The notes: generated by a model not told the origin, from the sequence alone. Numbered from the stretch's first letter, positions 1 to 9,821 are shown. The stretch is 64,000 nt of DNA from an uncultured Planctomycetota bacterium (GCA_900696465.1 CAADGE010000046.1:77858-141857), one strand, 5' to 3'. Numbers and translations: made by a program.

Positions 1-1
1 T

Positions 2-1474
2 CCGCCGCCGCAGATGGACCGCGGCATGCCCAGCGCGTCCGGTCACGGCGGTAACGGCAGCTACGTGGTAGATCCGCTCGATCGTCGCCGCGGCCCCTTC
101 CCGCTTCCGCCGATCGGCGAGCCGGCCGAAGGAAACGAGGCCGATTGCGAGCTGTACCACGAGGCGCTTTTTTCACCGTTTCACACGCGCTCACAGATGT
201 GCGCCACGTGTCACGATGTGAGTCTGCCGCACTTCAAGTATGACCTGAGCGGCACGGCTTTTATCCCCAATCCGCTCGGGACGGCGCACCCGAGCGGCAA
301 CAAGTACGACATGGTGCCCATCGAGCGCACCTACAGCGAATGGCTCAAGAGCGACTTCGCCGTCGGCATGGGCGTCAACATGGAGGGGCGCTTCGGCGGG
401 CCGGGGCAGACGTACGTCTCGCAATGTCAGGATTGCCACATGCCGTCGGTGACGGGTCACGGTTGCCGTTTTGTGCCGGAGCCGCGCGACGATCTGCCGC
501 GCCACTATTTCGCCGGCGCATCCACCTGGCAGCTCGACGCCATCGCTCAGCAGTACGGCCCCGGCGGAACCGGCGAACTGTCCGCCGCGAAGGTGAGCGC
601 CCTCGCGGCCAACAAGGCACGAAACATCGATATGCTAGAACGCGCCGCGGACTTGATCGTCTACCTCGACGATGAACCTACGCCCGGAATTGATCAGTTG
701 AAGGTCCGCGTCGTGAACCAGACGGGGCATAAGCTGCCCAGCGGATATCCGGAAGGCCGGCGCATGTGGCTCACGGTCGAGTTCTTCGACTGTACGGATT
801 ACACGGTCCCGTTCGAAGTCCGTGGCCATTACGACTTCGACACGGCCGACCTCGATACCGGATCGACAAAGGTCTACGAAATGAAGGGTGGTCTCGATGA
901 AACGCTGGCCGCACTGCTCGGACGAACGCCTGGCCCGGCAATGCATTTCGTGCTGACAAATAAGGTCTTCAAGGATAATCGCATCCCACCGCGCGGTTTC
1001 ACCAATCTCAAGTTTGCAGCAGTACAAGCCAGCCCGGTCGATTATGCCTATGCCGACGGGCAGTATTGGGATGACACATACTACGAGATTCCGGCGTATG
1101 CCGTCGGTGCCCGGGTCACGCTCTACTACCAGGCGACCACGAAGGAATACATTGAGTTTCTCCGGGATAACAACCCATTCCCGGGCAACCCGAACAACCG
1201 CGGCCAGATTGCCTACAACTTGTGGGTCTCCAACGGCAAGAGCAGGCCGGTGGAAATGGCCCGTGTCGGTTACCCGTCTCTTTACGGCGTGGAACTGAAA
1301 GGCGACATGACCGGCAATCGCCAGGTAACGGTGGACGACATTCCGGACTTCGTGGATGTCCTGCTCGGGCTGAACACCGATCCTCGCCTGATCTGCGCCG
1401 CGGACATGGACAACCTCAACGGGCCGGATGGCGCCGACATCCAGCCGTTCCTCGACAAGATTCTGGAACCGTGA
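2..1474 (+). CDS. multihaem c-type cytochrome family protein, 5'-truncated by the window edge, with a dockerin/EF-hand-like C-terminal module
   Basis: The frame is open from nt 2, with no stop upstream of the listed ATG at 14. CXXCH haem motifs CATCH and CQDCH are present, plus an HKLPSGYPEGRRMW motif seen in multihaem cytochrome families. The C-terminus (GDMTGNRQVTVDDIPDFVDVLLG ... DMDNLNGPDGADIQPFLDKIL) looks like two Ca-loop-plus-helix segments. Confidence 0.7.
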   Translation, partial: PPPQMDRGMPSASGHGGNGSYVVDPLDRRRGPFPLPPIGEPAEGNEADCELYHEALFSPFHTRSQMCATCHDVSLPHFKYDLSGTAFIPNPLGTAHPSGNKYDMVPIERTYSEWLKSDFAVGMGVNMEGRFGGPGQTYVSQCQDCHMPSVTGHGCRFVPEPRDDLPRHYFAGASTWQLDAIAQQYGPGGTGELSAAKVSALAANKARNIDMLERAADLIVYLDDEPTPGIDQLKVRVVNQTGHKLPSGYPEGRRMWLTVEFFDCTDYTVPFEVRGHYDFDTADLDTGSTKVYEMKGGLDETLAALLGRTPGPAMHFVLTNKVFKDNRIPPRGFTNLKFAAVQASPVDYAYADGQYWDDTYYEIPAYAVGARVTLYYQATTKEYIEFLRDNNPFPGNPNNRGQIAYNLWVSNGKSRPVEMARVGYPSLYGVELKGDMTGNRQVTVDDIPDFVDVLLGLNTDPRLICAADMDNLNGPDGADIQPFLDKILEP

Positions 1475-1604
1475 TCGGCCACGCCCTCCGGTGCGGACAT
1501 CGATCCGCGTGAAAGCGGAGCGAAAACATCCGACAAGATGATTGTGATTCGCGTAGCGGCGCGGTAGCATCGCATTTTTGCGACGCCGGAGGACGCACGC
1601 GCGA

Positions 1605-2066
1605 ATGAAGCTGACCGACCATCTTCCCCCCTCCCTGGTGAAAGTGCCGCTCGCCGCCAACGAGAAGACAGCGGCCATCACCGAATTGGTCGACCTCGTG
1701 GTCTCACAGGTTCAGATCGCATCGCGCGACCGATTGCTCAAGGCGGTCCTCGAGCGGGAGGCCCAGCGCTCGACCGGCATCGGCCGCGGTTTCGCCATCC
1801 CCCATGCCAAGTGCGAAGCGGTCGATCAACTGGTCATCGCCCTCGGCCGATGTCATGAGCCGATCGACTTCGCAGCGATCGACGGGCAGCCGGTGTCGCT
1901 GATCGCCCTTTTAGCAAGCCCGATCCACGCAACCACGACGCACATCCAGGCCCTGGCCAAGCTCAGCCGCCTGGTGACGAACGGCGCATTGCTGAACCAG
2001 CTGCTGGCAGCCACCAGCAGCGAGGAACTCTACCGAGTTGTCTCGGCGAATGACGTAGAAACGTGA
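1605..2066 (+). CDS. ptsN: PTS EIIA-type nitrogen-regulatory protein (EIIA-Ntr)
   Basis: The best start is ATG 1605 (MKLTDHL...) inside ORF 1578..2066. EIIA(Fru/Ntr) hallmarks are GIGRGFAIPHAK (phospho-His region) and PVSLIALLASP. Confidence 0.8.
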   Translation: MKLTDHLPPSLVKVPLAANEKTAAITELVDLVVSQVQIASRDRLLKAVLEREAQRSTGIGRGFAIPHAKCEAVDQLVIALGRCHEPIDFAAIDGQPVSLIALLASPIHATTTHIQALAKLSRLVTNGALLNQLLAATSSEELYRVVSANDVET

Positions 2067-2226
2067 TTCCAGCTTCGAGGACCGCCGGCCGATTCCTGTC
2101 TGAAGTTCAGGACTTGTGAAGAACTCGGTTGGCGTCGCCTACGATTGTCTGAAGCACACGTGAGGTTGCGTGTGCCGCAGACATCGAAAAGTGTATTCAG
2201 ATCATCCCTGCTTCGCAGACCTCAAC

Positions 2227-3000
2227 CTACCAGCCGACGATGTTGTAGCCGGCATCGACGTAGTGAATCTCGCCGGTCACGCCGCTGGACAGATCGCTGA
2301 CCAGGTATAGGCCCGCCTTGCCGACCTCCTCGGATTCGATGTTTCGTCGCAGGGGGCTTTTGGTCGGGTAGTGCTCCAGAATCTTGTCAAAACCGCCGAT
2401 TCCCGCCGAACTGAGCGTGCGGCACGGACCTGCGCTGATGGCATTAACACGGACGCGTCGCAGGTCGCCGAGGTCCGCCGAGAGATAGCGCACCGTGCTC
2501 TCAAGGGCGGCCTTGCACACGCCCATGACGTTGTAGCCGGGGACAAACTTAACCGCGCCGAGGTAACTGAGCGTGAGGACGGAAGCACCCTCGCGGAACA
2601 TGTGATAGGCCTTCTGACAGGCGGCGATGAGCGAGTAGCAGGAGATGTCCATCGCCTGCTTGAAGTCCTCTCGCCGCGTCTCCCAGAAGCGGTTCGTGAG
2701 GGCATCCCGGTTGGCGAAGGCCACGGCGTGGACGATGAAGTCGATCTGGTCGTATTGATCGCGCACCTTGCCAAAGAACGTCTCGATTTCGTCGTCATTG
2801 CCCAGATCGCATGGAAGGACGATCTTTGCCCCGATCGGATCGGTCAGCTTGCGGACGCGCCGCTCCATCTTCTCGCCCGGAAGATGGTTGAACGCCATTT
2901 CCGCACCTTCCCGATGCAGGTAGGAGGCGATGTACCAGGCGAGACTGTGATCGTTCGCGACACCGAGCACCACACCCCGCTTACCAGACATCAAACCCAT
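2227..3000 (-). CDS. fabI: enoyl-[acyl-carrier-protein] reductase (NADH), FabI
   Basis: MGLMSGKRGVVLGVAN..., LTLSYLGA...PGYNVMGVCKAALE, RVNAISAGPCRTL and YVDAGYNIV are collinear with canonical FabI. Internal ATG at 3000 chosen over the ORF start at 3153. Confidence 0.92.
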   Translation of the reverse strand: MGLMSGKRGVVLGVANDHSLAWYIASYLHREGAEMAFNHLPGEKMERRVRKLTDPIGAKIVLPCDLGNDDEIETFFGKVRDQYDQIDFIVHAVAFANRDALTNRFWETRREDFKQAMDISCYSLIAACQKAYHMFREGASVLTLSYLGAVKFVPGYNVMGVCKAALESTVRYLSADLGDLRRVRVNAISAGPCRTLSSAGIGGFDKILEHYPTKSPLRRNIESEEVGKAGLYLVSDLSSGVTGEIHYVDAGYNIVGW

Positions 3001-3238
3001 GTGCCTTCGTCTCCTGGTCGTGCTGCGAACGCCGGTCGGCCGGTGTTCGGTCAGGTTGAAATAGAACGATCGCGAACCCCAGCCCGGGGGACGCCGCCAA
3101 GGTCCACAATCTAGGCGCTCAGATTCATTCTGTCCAGCGGCATCGGCCAACACTGATCGCGGAAACCACCGATGCGGCTACGCGCAAGACACGGTTGACG
3201 CTATACTTGCACCCTCGCGTGGCCGCGGAGGAGCTCAG

Positions 3239-4306
3239 GTGTTCGACGCCCGCTCGATGTTGATCTCCATCCCCAACTGGGTCGGAGATGTGGTCATGGC
3301 CACGGCAGCCCTGTCCGCCATCCGCAGGGCGTACCCGCATGCGACGATCACCCATCTCATGCGGCCCTATGTGGCCGAGGTACTCGCCGACTGCGAACTG
3401 GCTGACGATCAAGTATTCTGGCCGGGGGCAGGCAGTCCGACCCGCACGACCTTCGGGCTGATCACGGACTTGCGCCGCCGCCGATTCGATCTGGCCATTC
3501 TGATGACGAATTCGTTTCGCTCGGCTGCGGTCGTTCGGGCTGCAGGGGCACGTCGGCGCGTCGGATACGCGCGGGATGCTCGCGGATGGCTGCTGACGGA
3601 TCGCCTGTTGCCCAAACGGGTCGGTCGCAAGTATGTTCCTGTCCCCGCGCTGGACTATTACAACGATCTGGCTCGTGCAGTGGGCTGCACGGACGTCTGT
3701 GACCGACTGATTCTTGCGACCAGCACGGCGGACGAGGCGGCCGTCGATCGCCGTCTCGGCGCCATCGACCCCGATCGCCCGCTGATCGTGCTCAACCCCG
3801 GCGCGAATTACGGCTCGGCGAAGTGCTGGCCGGCGGAGAAATACGCGGCCCTGGCGCGGATGCTGACCGATCGATTCGACGCGCGGGTCGTGGCCTCGCT
3901 TTCTCCGAAGGAGCGTGATATCGCCGACCGGCTGCACGCCGCGGCCACTGGTCCTTTGGAGATTTTTGTAGATCCTCCGCTCGGGCTGGGACCGCTCAAG
4001 GCCCTCGTGCGCCGGTGCGACCTGCTGATCACGAACGACACCGGTCCGCGGCATTTCGCCGCCGCGTTCGATGTTCCGGTGGTCACCGTTTTCGGATCGA
4101 GCGACCCGGCATGGACGGATACGCGATTCGACAAGGAGCGCGCGGTTATGCTCGATCTGGATTGCCAACCCTGCATGGAGCGTGTGTGTCCATTGAGGCA
4201 TCACCGATGCATGGTGGACCTGTCGCCGCAGCAGGTCTTTGAAAAAGCGGAAGAACTGCTCGAGTCCGCGAAACGTACCGGCAGACGAAGAGTGGTCAGC
4301 CATTGA
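3239..4306 (+). CDS. ADP-heptose:LPS heptosyltransferase (glycosyltransferase family 9, WaaF/WaaC-like)
   Basis: N-terminal ISIPNWVGDVVMATAAL, then LNPGANYGSAKCWP and LLITNDTGPRHFAAAFDVPVVTVFGSSDP are GT9 signatures. GGAGGAG lies upstream of GTG 3239; an alternative ATG is at 3257. Confidence 0.85.
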   Translation: MFDARSMLISIPNWVGDVVMATAALSAIRRAYPHATITHLMRPYVAEVLADCELADDQVFWPGAGSPTRTTFGLITDLRRRRFDLAILMTNSFRSAAVVRAAGARRRVGYARDARGWLLTDRLLPKRVGRKYVPVPALDYYNDLARAVGCTDVCDRLILATSTADEAAVDRRLGAIDPDRPLIVLNPGANYGSAKCWPAEKYAALARMLTDRFDARVVASLSPKERDIADRLHAAATGPLEIFVDPPLGLGPLKALVRRCDLLITNDTGPRHFAAAFDVPVVTVFGSSDPAWTDTRFDKERAVMLDLDCQPCMERVCPLRHHRCMVDLSPQQVFEKAEELLESAKRTGRRRVVSH

Positions 4307-4337
4307 GGCGCGCCGGCGCGAGACAAACTTGTTCGAT

Positions 4338-5213
4338 ATGTTGATACGCGATTACATCCACATCGACACCCCCTTTCGCGAGCGCCTCGAGCGCGCCGGG
4401 CTCAGCACGGTGCAGGCCGTGCTGCAATGTCCGGGAGACCGGCTGGCGGCCTGGAGCCGTACCAGTGATGCAATCTCGCTGAAGCTGGCGGCCTCAGAAG
4501 GTTCGATCTACATCAAGCGTTACCACTACCCCACCTGGCGGCAGCGGGTCCGGGGCATGTTGCGCGGCACGTGGCTTCGGGCCTCGCGCGCCCGGAGTGA
4601 ATTTCGCGCCCTCGTTGCCATGCGGCGACTGGGAATTCACGCGGTCCGGCCGATCGCCTTCGGCGAGCGACGCATCGCCGGATTCGTCCGAAGCTGTTTC
4701 CTGATCACCGAGGCCGTGCCGGAAGCGATGTCGCTCGTATCCTTCATCAAGGCCTTCGCCGATCACGTCGCTGCCCGCCAGGCGCGGCGTGCGAAGATCG
4801 AAATCCTCACCTCGCTCGCCCGCCAGGTTCGACACATGCACGAGAAAGGTTTCGTGCATCGCGACCTGTTCTGGCGAAACGTCCTCATCCGCCCGCTGCC
4901 GGGCGATCGATTCGAGTTTTACTTCCTTGATGCTTCTGTCGGCCGTCGCATCCGCATCGCACATCGTCGGCAGGACAGCATCGTACACGACATCGCCGCC
5001 ATGGGCGTCCTCGCGCCGGAGTTCTGCTCGCTGACCGACCAGATGCGATTCCTGCATGAGTACCTAGGCACGGACCGGCTCACGCCTGAGGATCGCGCCT
5101 GGCTGCGCCGCGTGCAGAAGCGGCAGGATCATTTTCGCGAGGCGGAGCTGCTTCGCCTGGAGCGCGGCGCCGTCTTCGACCCGCCGATTCAGAGGATGGC
5201 CGTCGCCCCGTAA
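4338..5213 (+). CDS. lipopolysaccharide kinase (Kdo/WaaP) family protein
   Basis: IYIKRYHYPTWRQRVRGMLRG...SRARSEFRALVAMRRLGI...FGER and the catalytic-loop-like HRDLFWRNVLI. ATG 4338 chosen to avoid overlap with the upstream GT9 gene. Confidence 0.75.
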   Translation: MLIRDYIHIDTPFRERLERAGLSTVQAVLQCPGDRLAAWSRTSDAISLKLAASEGSIYIKRYHYPTWRQRVRGMLRGTWLRASRARSEFRALVAMRRLGIHAVRPIAFGERRIAGFVRSCFLITEAVPEAMSLVSFIKAFADHVAARQARRAKIEILTSLARQVRHMHEKGFVHRDLFWRNVLIRPLPGDRFEFYFLDASVGRRIRIAHRRQDSIVHDIAAMGVLAPEFCSLTDQMRFLHEYLGTDRLTPEDRAWLRRVQKRQDHFREAELLRLERGAVFDPPIQRMAVAP

Positions 5214-5246
5214 GACCCGGCCCCGGGAGCCCGCTGCAACACGCGA

Positions 5247-6050
5247 ATGAGTATGGTTCTACGCATCCTGGAGCCCGCGCTGGCCGACATCCTGCGTGCG
5301 GCCGGCCTCGTCTCATGCGAGGACTACCTTCAAAGCTCGCGCGGCGCGGTCATTCACGAATCAAACACCACCTGCACACGAAGATTCGATTTGCCGTCGC
5401 CCGGCGGCACGATTGCCTGTTATCTCAAGGTGTATCGGTATCGCGACAAGCCGTTGACCCTTCGTTTCGGACGAAGCAAGCCGCTGCGCGAAGCGCGAAA
5501 CTACTTCACGCTGCGCAGGCAGTGCCGGATCGATGTCCCCGATGTGATTGCCGTCGGCGCCCGCCGTCGGCTGGGCCTGCTGGAGGACGGATTCATCCTG
5601 ACCCGCGAGGTGCCTGCTGCCTGTCCGCTGGATGTCTACGTTGACCAGCGCTGGCCGTCCAACAAAGAGAAATTAGCGATGCGCAGCCGTCGACGGTTGC
5701 TGGAGACAGTGGCCGATCTGGTGGCGCGGATGCACGCGGCGCACTTCTTCCACATCGACCTGCAATGGCGAAATCTCATCGTCTCCGACCATGAACGCGA
5801 TCAGCCGTCAGTCTTCGTGCTCGACTGCGTTCGCGGCGGCCGGCGGATTCATCCGCTGATGCGCGCCCACGGGCGTCTGCGCGACCTGTCGAGTCTCTAC
5901 AAGGATGCACGCGGCCGGCTGTCGCACACCGAGCAGATGCGATGGTTGCGGCGATACCTCGGCACGAGGAAACTCTCCGAGGTTCATCGGGCAATGATTC
6001 GCTCCATCGTTCTGGACCGGGAATTGAAGGATAGCGAGGCGCCGGCGTGA
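5247..6050 (+). CDS. lipopolysaccharide kinase (Kdo/WaaP) family protein, paralogue 2
   Basis: YLKVYRYRDKPLTLRFGRSKPLREARNYFTLRR..., HIDLQWRNLIV. Same architecture as the preceding gene. Confidence 0.75.
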   Translation: MSMVLRILEPALADILRAAGLVSCEDYLQSSRGAVIHESNTTCTRRFDLPSPGGTIACYLKVYRYRDKPLTLRFGRSKPLREARNYFTLRRQCRIDVPDVIAVGARRRLGLLEDGFILTREVPAACPLDVYVDQRWPSNKEKLAMRSRRRLLETVADLVARMHAAHFFHIDLQWRNLIVSDHERDQPSVFVLDCVRGGRRIHPLMRAHGRLRDLSSLYKDARGRLSHTEQMRWLRRYLGTRKLSEVHRAMIRSIVLDRELKDSEAPA

Positions 6051-7807
6051 CGACGCTGTTTGAGATCGAGGCGGACTACCGGGAGGCGCTGGCGGCCGCG
6101 GGACTGGCGGACCTCGACGCGCTGCTGCGCGCCCCGGCCGCCGGCCCGCCGGCCAGCAAGCACGCCCATCGGGAGACCGTGCCGCTGGAGATCAAGATCG
6201 GCGGCGCGCCGCGGCGATTCTTCCTTAAGCGCGTTTTCAAAGTGCCGCCGCGTCATGCGATCTGGCCGCTGTTTCGATTTCGGCCGGGCATCTCGCAGCC
6301 GCGACATGAGTGGGAAATACTTGGTGAACTGGCGGAATGCGGCATCCCCTCGGCGAAGCGCGTGGCGTACGGCGAGCGGCGCGTGCTGGGCATTCCGACG
6401 CAGGCGTTGCTACTCGTCGAGGCAGTGCCGTTTGAGCACACGCTGGAGGATTGGCTGGTGACCGGCTTCGAGCGGCCGGCAAATCTCACTTGCGAGCAGC
6501 GCGATGCGTTGATTCGTGCAACCGGCCGGCTTATCGGTTGCATCCACGGCCGAGGTTATCTGTGGCCTGATATCCATGCGAAACACATCTTTGCGACGCC
6601 GGCGTTGGGAAATCCTGAACGCCCGGACTGGCATCTATGCATCATTGACGTAGAGAGAATGTCGCGCCGTTACGACCATTCGAAACAGCATTGGATGACA
6701 TCCCGCTTTAAGAGGCATGATCAGGAACTCTTTGTCCTTCATCGCTCAACGGTGCCCACATGCTGGTCGCGACGGGATCTTGTCCTATTTTCCAAAGGAT
6801 ATGGCGATGGCATGTGCAAGTACTTTCAAACGCCGCGCCATCCTTGGTTGCGTGACATGATACGGGTCTCTAAAAGGTACTCGATGTCACCGACACAGCC
6901 CGAGGGTCTTAGCCATCCGCGCAGGATCGTTCGCGAAAAGGTAAACGGCATCATGGCGGCTCGCGACGATCGAGACGTACTTGCAAAGGCGGGGATTCGC
7001 AGCATCAATGATGTCTTCGAGCTAAGCGAGGGGAAGAATCTCACCAAGCCGGGGCTTGCTTCCTATCGCGATCGGATACGCCTGACCTTGCGCGGCGCGG
7101 ATGGCGGCGAGCGGGCCTGCTATCTCAAGCGTTATCGCAGACCTCCGCTGATCGAGCAGCTTCGGCGGATGCGGGAGCACGATCGGCGAGATTCGAGTGC
7201 CAAGCGCGAGGCACACTTCATCAAGCGGCTGTCGCTGCTGGGCATCCCCACGATGCACTGGCTGGCGTGGGGGCAGGAGATGAACGGACCGTGGGAGCGG
7301 CGAAGCTTCATTATCACGGAGGAGATTGCCGGCGAGTCGCTGGAGAAGCTGGTGGGGCGATTGAGTTCGACACCGGCTGTTAGCCGGTGCCTCACGGAGG
7401 CCATCTCGCCGCGGGATCGGCATGAGATCATCCGCCAGCTTGCCATCATCGCCCGTCAGTTGCATCAACACCGACTGTTTCACCGTGACCTGTATCTTTC
7501 GCATGTCTTTCTCACCCGTAACGCCGACGGTGGCATCGTCCTGCGGCTGATCGACCTCGCGCGGATGATCGAAAAGCCGCTGCTCCGCGAACGATGGGTC
7601 ATCAAGGACCTCGCCGCTTTGAACTACAGCAGCCCGTCGCCGCTGGTGACGCGTGCCGACCGGATGCGTTTCCTGTACCATTACTGCTGCGCCGCAGAGC
7701 GTCGGTTATCTTTGCGCCTGATCTGGCCGGACAAACTGGCGAAAAAAGTGATGCGGCGCACGGCGAGAATGGCGCGACATGATTTGAGCAGGATGGCTAA
7801 GGCGTGA
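6047..7807 (+). CDS. protein with two tandem Kdo/WaaP-type LPS kinase domains
   Basis: The first domain has FLKRVFKV...PRHEWEILGELAECGIP...YGER...PDIHAKHIF. The second has CYLKRYRRPPLIEQLRRM...AKREAHFIKRLSLLGIP...HRDLYLSHVFL. GTG 6047 overlaps the upstream stop (GTGA). Confidence 0.7.
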   Translation: MTTLFEIEADYREALAAAGLADLDALLRAPAAGPPASKHAHRETVPLEIKIGGAPRRFFLKRVFKVPPRHAIWPLFRFRPGISQPRHEWEILGELAECGIPSAKRVAYGERRVLGIPTQALLLVEAVPFEHTLEDWLVTGFERPANLTCEQRDALIRATGRLIGCIHGRGYLWPDIHAKHIFATPALGNPERPDWHLCIIDVERMSRRYDHSKQHWMTSRFKRHDQELFVLHRSTVPTCWSRRDLVLFSKGYGDGMCKYFQTPRHPWLRDMIRVSKRYSMSPTQPEGLSHPRRIVREKVNGIMAARDDRDVLAKAGIRSINDVFELSEGKNLTKPGLASYRDRIRLTLRGADGGERACYLKRYRRPPLIEQLRRMREHDRRDSSAKREAHFIKRLSLLGIPTMHWLAWGQEMNGPWERRSFIITEEIAGESLEKLVGRLSSTPAVSRCLTEAISPRDRHEIIRQLAIIARQLHQHRLFHRDLYLSHVFLTRNADGGIVLRLIDLARMIEKPLLRERWVIKDLAALNYSSPSPLVTRADRMRFLYHYCCAAERRLSLRLIWPDKLAKKVMRRTARMARHDLSRMAKA

Positions 7808-7877
7808 TGGGCAGGAAGCTAAAGGTGTGAGGTTCGTCGCGGATGGCGTGACGTGCAACGATGATGGGTGGTTCGGC

Positions 7878-9059
7878 GTGAAGATTGCGATCGTCATAGA
7901 ACGCTACGAACCCTGGCGCGGCGGCGCGGAGACCTCCACGCAGGAACTGGCTCGCCTGCTGGCCGCCAAGGGTCACGACGTCCATATCGTCACCACGACG
8001 AATGCCAGCCCGGCGCACCGGCTGACCATGCATCGCATCCCCGGCGGCGCCATGCTGCGTCCCCTGCGAATGGCCGCTTTCCTCCGGCGAGCCGCGCGCT
8101 TCATCGAGCATGAATCCTTCGACATTGTTCACGCGATCTCCCCCCTGGCGACGGCCGATACCTACCAGCCGCGCGGGGGCCTCGCCGGCGAAACGCTCGA
8201 ACGCAACGTCGCCACCCGCAGCAGCCGGCCGCGGCAGATGCTCAAGCAGGCCCTTCAGACCATGAGCGTCAAGCGGCGATCCATGCTCGAACTCGAGCGC
8301 GCCGTTTTCCGCGAATCCGGCCCGGTGATTCTCGCCGTCTCGAACTACGTCGCCCGGCAATGTGAGCGGCTTTACGGCGCCCGTGCACCGCGGGTGCGGG
8401 TGGTCTTCAACGGCGTGACCACCGACCTGCCCAGCGACGAAGAGCGCGCCGCGCATCGTGCTGAGCTTCGCAGTCAATATCATGTGCCCGACGATCACCT
8501 GCTGCTGCTCTTTGTCGCGCACAACTTCCGACTCAAGGGGCTTGGGCCGATGATCGAGGCGGCCTCGCGCATGGTTGTGGCCGGTTTCGACCGCTTTCGG
8601 CTGCTGGTCATCGGTCGTGACAATCCGGTCGGTTACCAGCGCCGAATAGATTCACTTGGTCTCGGGCGGCACATCACGTTCACGGGACCCTCTCAACGCA
8701 CGCCGGCCTTCTTCTGCGCTGCGGATGTCCTCGTGCATCCCACGTATTACGATCCATGCAGCCGCGTGGTACTCGAGGCGCTTTCCGTCGGGCTGCCTTG
8801 CATCACGACGGCATTTAACGGTGCCTCGGAAGTCATGGCCGACGGCCGCGAGGGCTTCGTCATCGAGTCACCGGATGCCGTGGGAATGATGGCTCGGCGT
8901 ATCCAGGAACTTTCCGATCCCGAGCTTCGGCGGCGCATGTCGCAGCGTGCCCTGGCCCTTCGAGAGACGATCAGCATGCAGCGCCACGTGGATGAACTGG
9001 AGACTGTCTTCCGGGAGATCGTCGAGGCACGTGGCGCCGTGGCAGGCGGCAGGCGTTGA
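7878..9059 (+). CDS. glycosyltransferase family 4 (GT-B, WaaG-like)
   Basis: KIAIVIERYEPWRGGAETSTQELARLLAAKGHDVHIVT, and C-terminal HPTYYDPCSRVVLEALSVGLPCITT...GFV (E-X7-E-type region). The start is uncertain: GTG 7878 or ORF start 7827. Confidence 0.8.
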   Translation: MKIAIVIERYEPWRGGAETSTQELARLLAAKGHDVHIVTTTNASPAHRLTMHRIPGGAMLRPLRMAAFLRRAARFIEHESFDIVHAISPLATADTYQPRGGLAGETLERNVATRSSRPRQMLKQALQTMSVKRRSMLELERAVFRESGPVILAVSNYVARQCERLYGARAPRVRVVFNGVTTDLPSDEERAAHRAELRSQYHVPDDHLLLLFVAHNFRLKGLGPMIEAASRMVVAGFDRFRLLVIGRDNPVGYQRRIDSLGLGRHITFTGPSQRTPAFFCAADVLVHPTYYDPCSRVVLEALSVGLPCITTAFNGASEVMADGREGFVIESPDAVGMMARRIQELSDPELRRRMSQRALALRETISMQRHVDELETVFREIVEARGAVAGGRR

Positions 9060-9140
9060 ACAGACGACTCGATTACTTCAGCGCGCGAAGCGGATCGATC
9101 CGGCGACGGGTGAGGGACGTGCAGGGCTGAGCATTTCGCG

Positions 9141-9821
9141 ATGATTCCACTCTGGCAAGTTCTGCTTCTGCTGATCGGCGCTTACCTTCTGGGAAGCATT
9201 CCCTTCGGAATGCTCGTCGCGCGGAGCAAAGGCATCGACATCCGCAAGCACGGCAGCGGCAACGTCGGCGCGACGAACATCGGTCGGGTCCTCGGAAAGA
9301 AATGGGGCGTGCTGGTCTTCCTGCTGGACGCCGGAAAGGGTGCCGTCTCCACTTTGGCCGCCGGCGGGTTGACGGCCGGAGTTGTGGTTGCCGACGCCGA
9401 CTACCTGACGCGCGATCTGATCTGGCTTGGCGCGGCGCTGGCCTGCGTGATCGGAAACATGTTCTCGGTCTTTCTGCGTTTCAAGGGTGGCAAGGGAGTC
9501 GCCACGTCGCTCGGGGCGCTGCTGGGGGTCTATCCATACCTGACGCTGCCAGCTGTTGCAGCGTTCTTCCTGTGGGCCATCGTGGTCAAAATGAGCGGCT
9601 ACATCTCGCTGGGTTCGATTCTCGCCGCGTCCTTTCTTCCGATCGCGTTTATCACGATCGCCGCCGCAAAGAATTGGCCCCTCGCGCACCACTATCCTCT
9701 GCTCACCCTTCTCGTCGTACTCGCCGCTCTGGTGATTTACAGGCATCGGACCAATATCGCCAGACTGCTGAACGGGACCGAGAATCGGATCGGACGGCAA
9801 GTCGATAACGGCGATGCCTGA
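9141..9821 (+). CDS. plsY: glycerol-3-phosphate acyltransferase PlsY
   Basis: AYLLGSIPFGMLVARSKGIDIRKHGSGNVGATNIGRVLGKKWGVLVFLLDAGKG and FKGGKGVATSLG are canonical PlsY motifs. Confidence 0.9.
   Translation: MIPLWQVLLLLIGAYLLGSIPFGMLVARSKGIDIRKHGSGNVGATNIGRVLGKKWGVLVFLLDAGKGAVSTLAAGGLTAGVVVADADYLTRDLIWLGAALACVIGNMFSVFLRFKGGKGVATSLGALLGVYPYLTLPAVAAFFLWAIVVKMSGYISLGSILAASFLPIAFITIAAAKNWPLAHHYPLLTLLVVLAALVIYRHRTNIARLLNGTENRIGRQVDNGDA

Noticed and set aside
3125-4303. 392-aa minus-strand ORF, and similar long antisense ORFs at 13200..14276, 15029..16090, 23062..23946, 25220..26542, 32503..33816, 37483..38574, 42264..43271 and 62122..63216
   Set aside because: Each is the mirror of a gene with strong family motifs (GT9, LpxL-like, RluA-like, DEAD-box, UbiD, PDZ protein, Lnt, secretin). 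All have Arg-rich, motif-free translations expected from GC-rich antisense frames.
4239-4337. Upstream extension of the first LPS-kinase ORF (start at 4239)
   Set aside because: It would overlap the GT9 gene by 68 nt and add a Lys/Arg-rich N-terminus with no similarity to the paralogues. ATG 4338 gives an N-terminus comparable to the second kinase.
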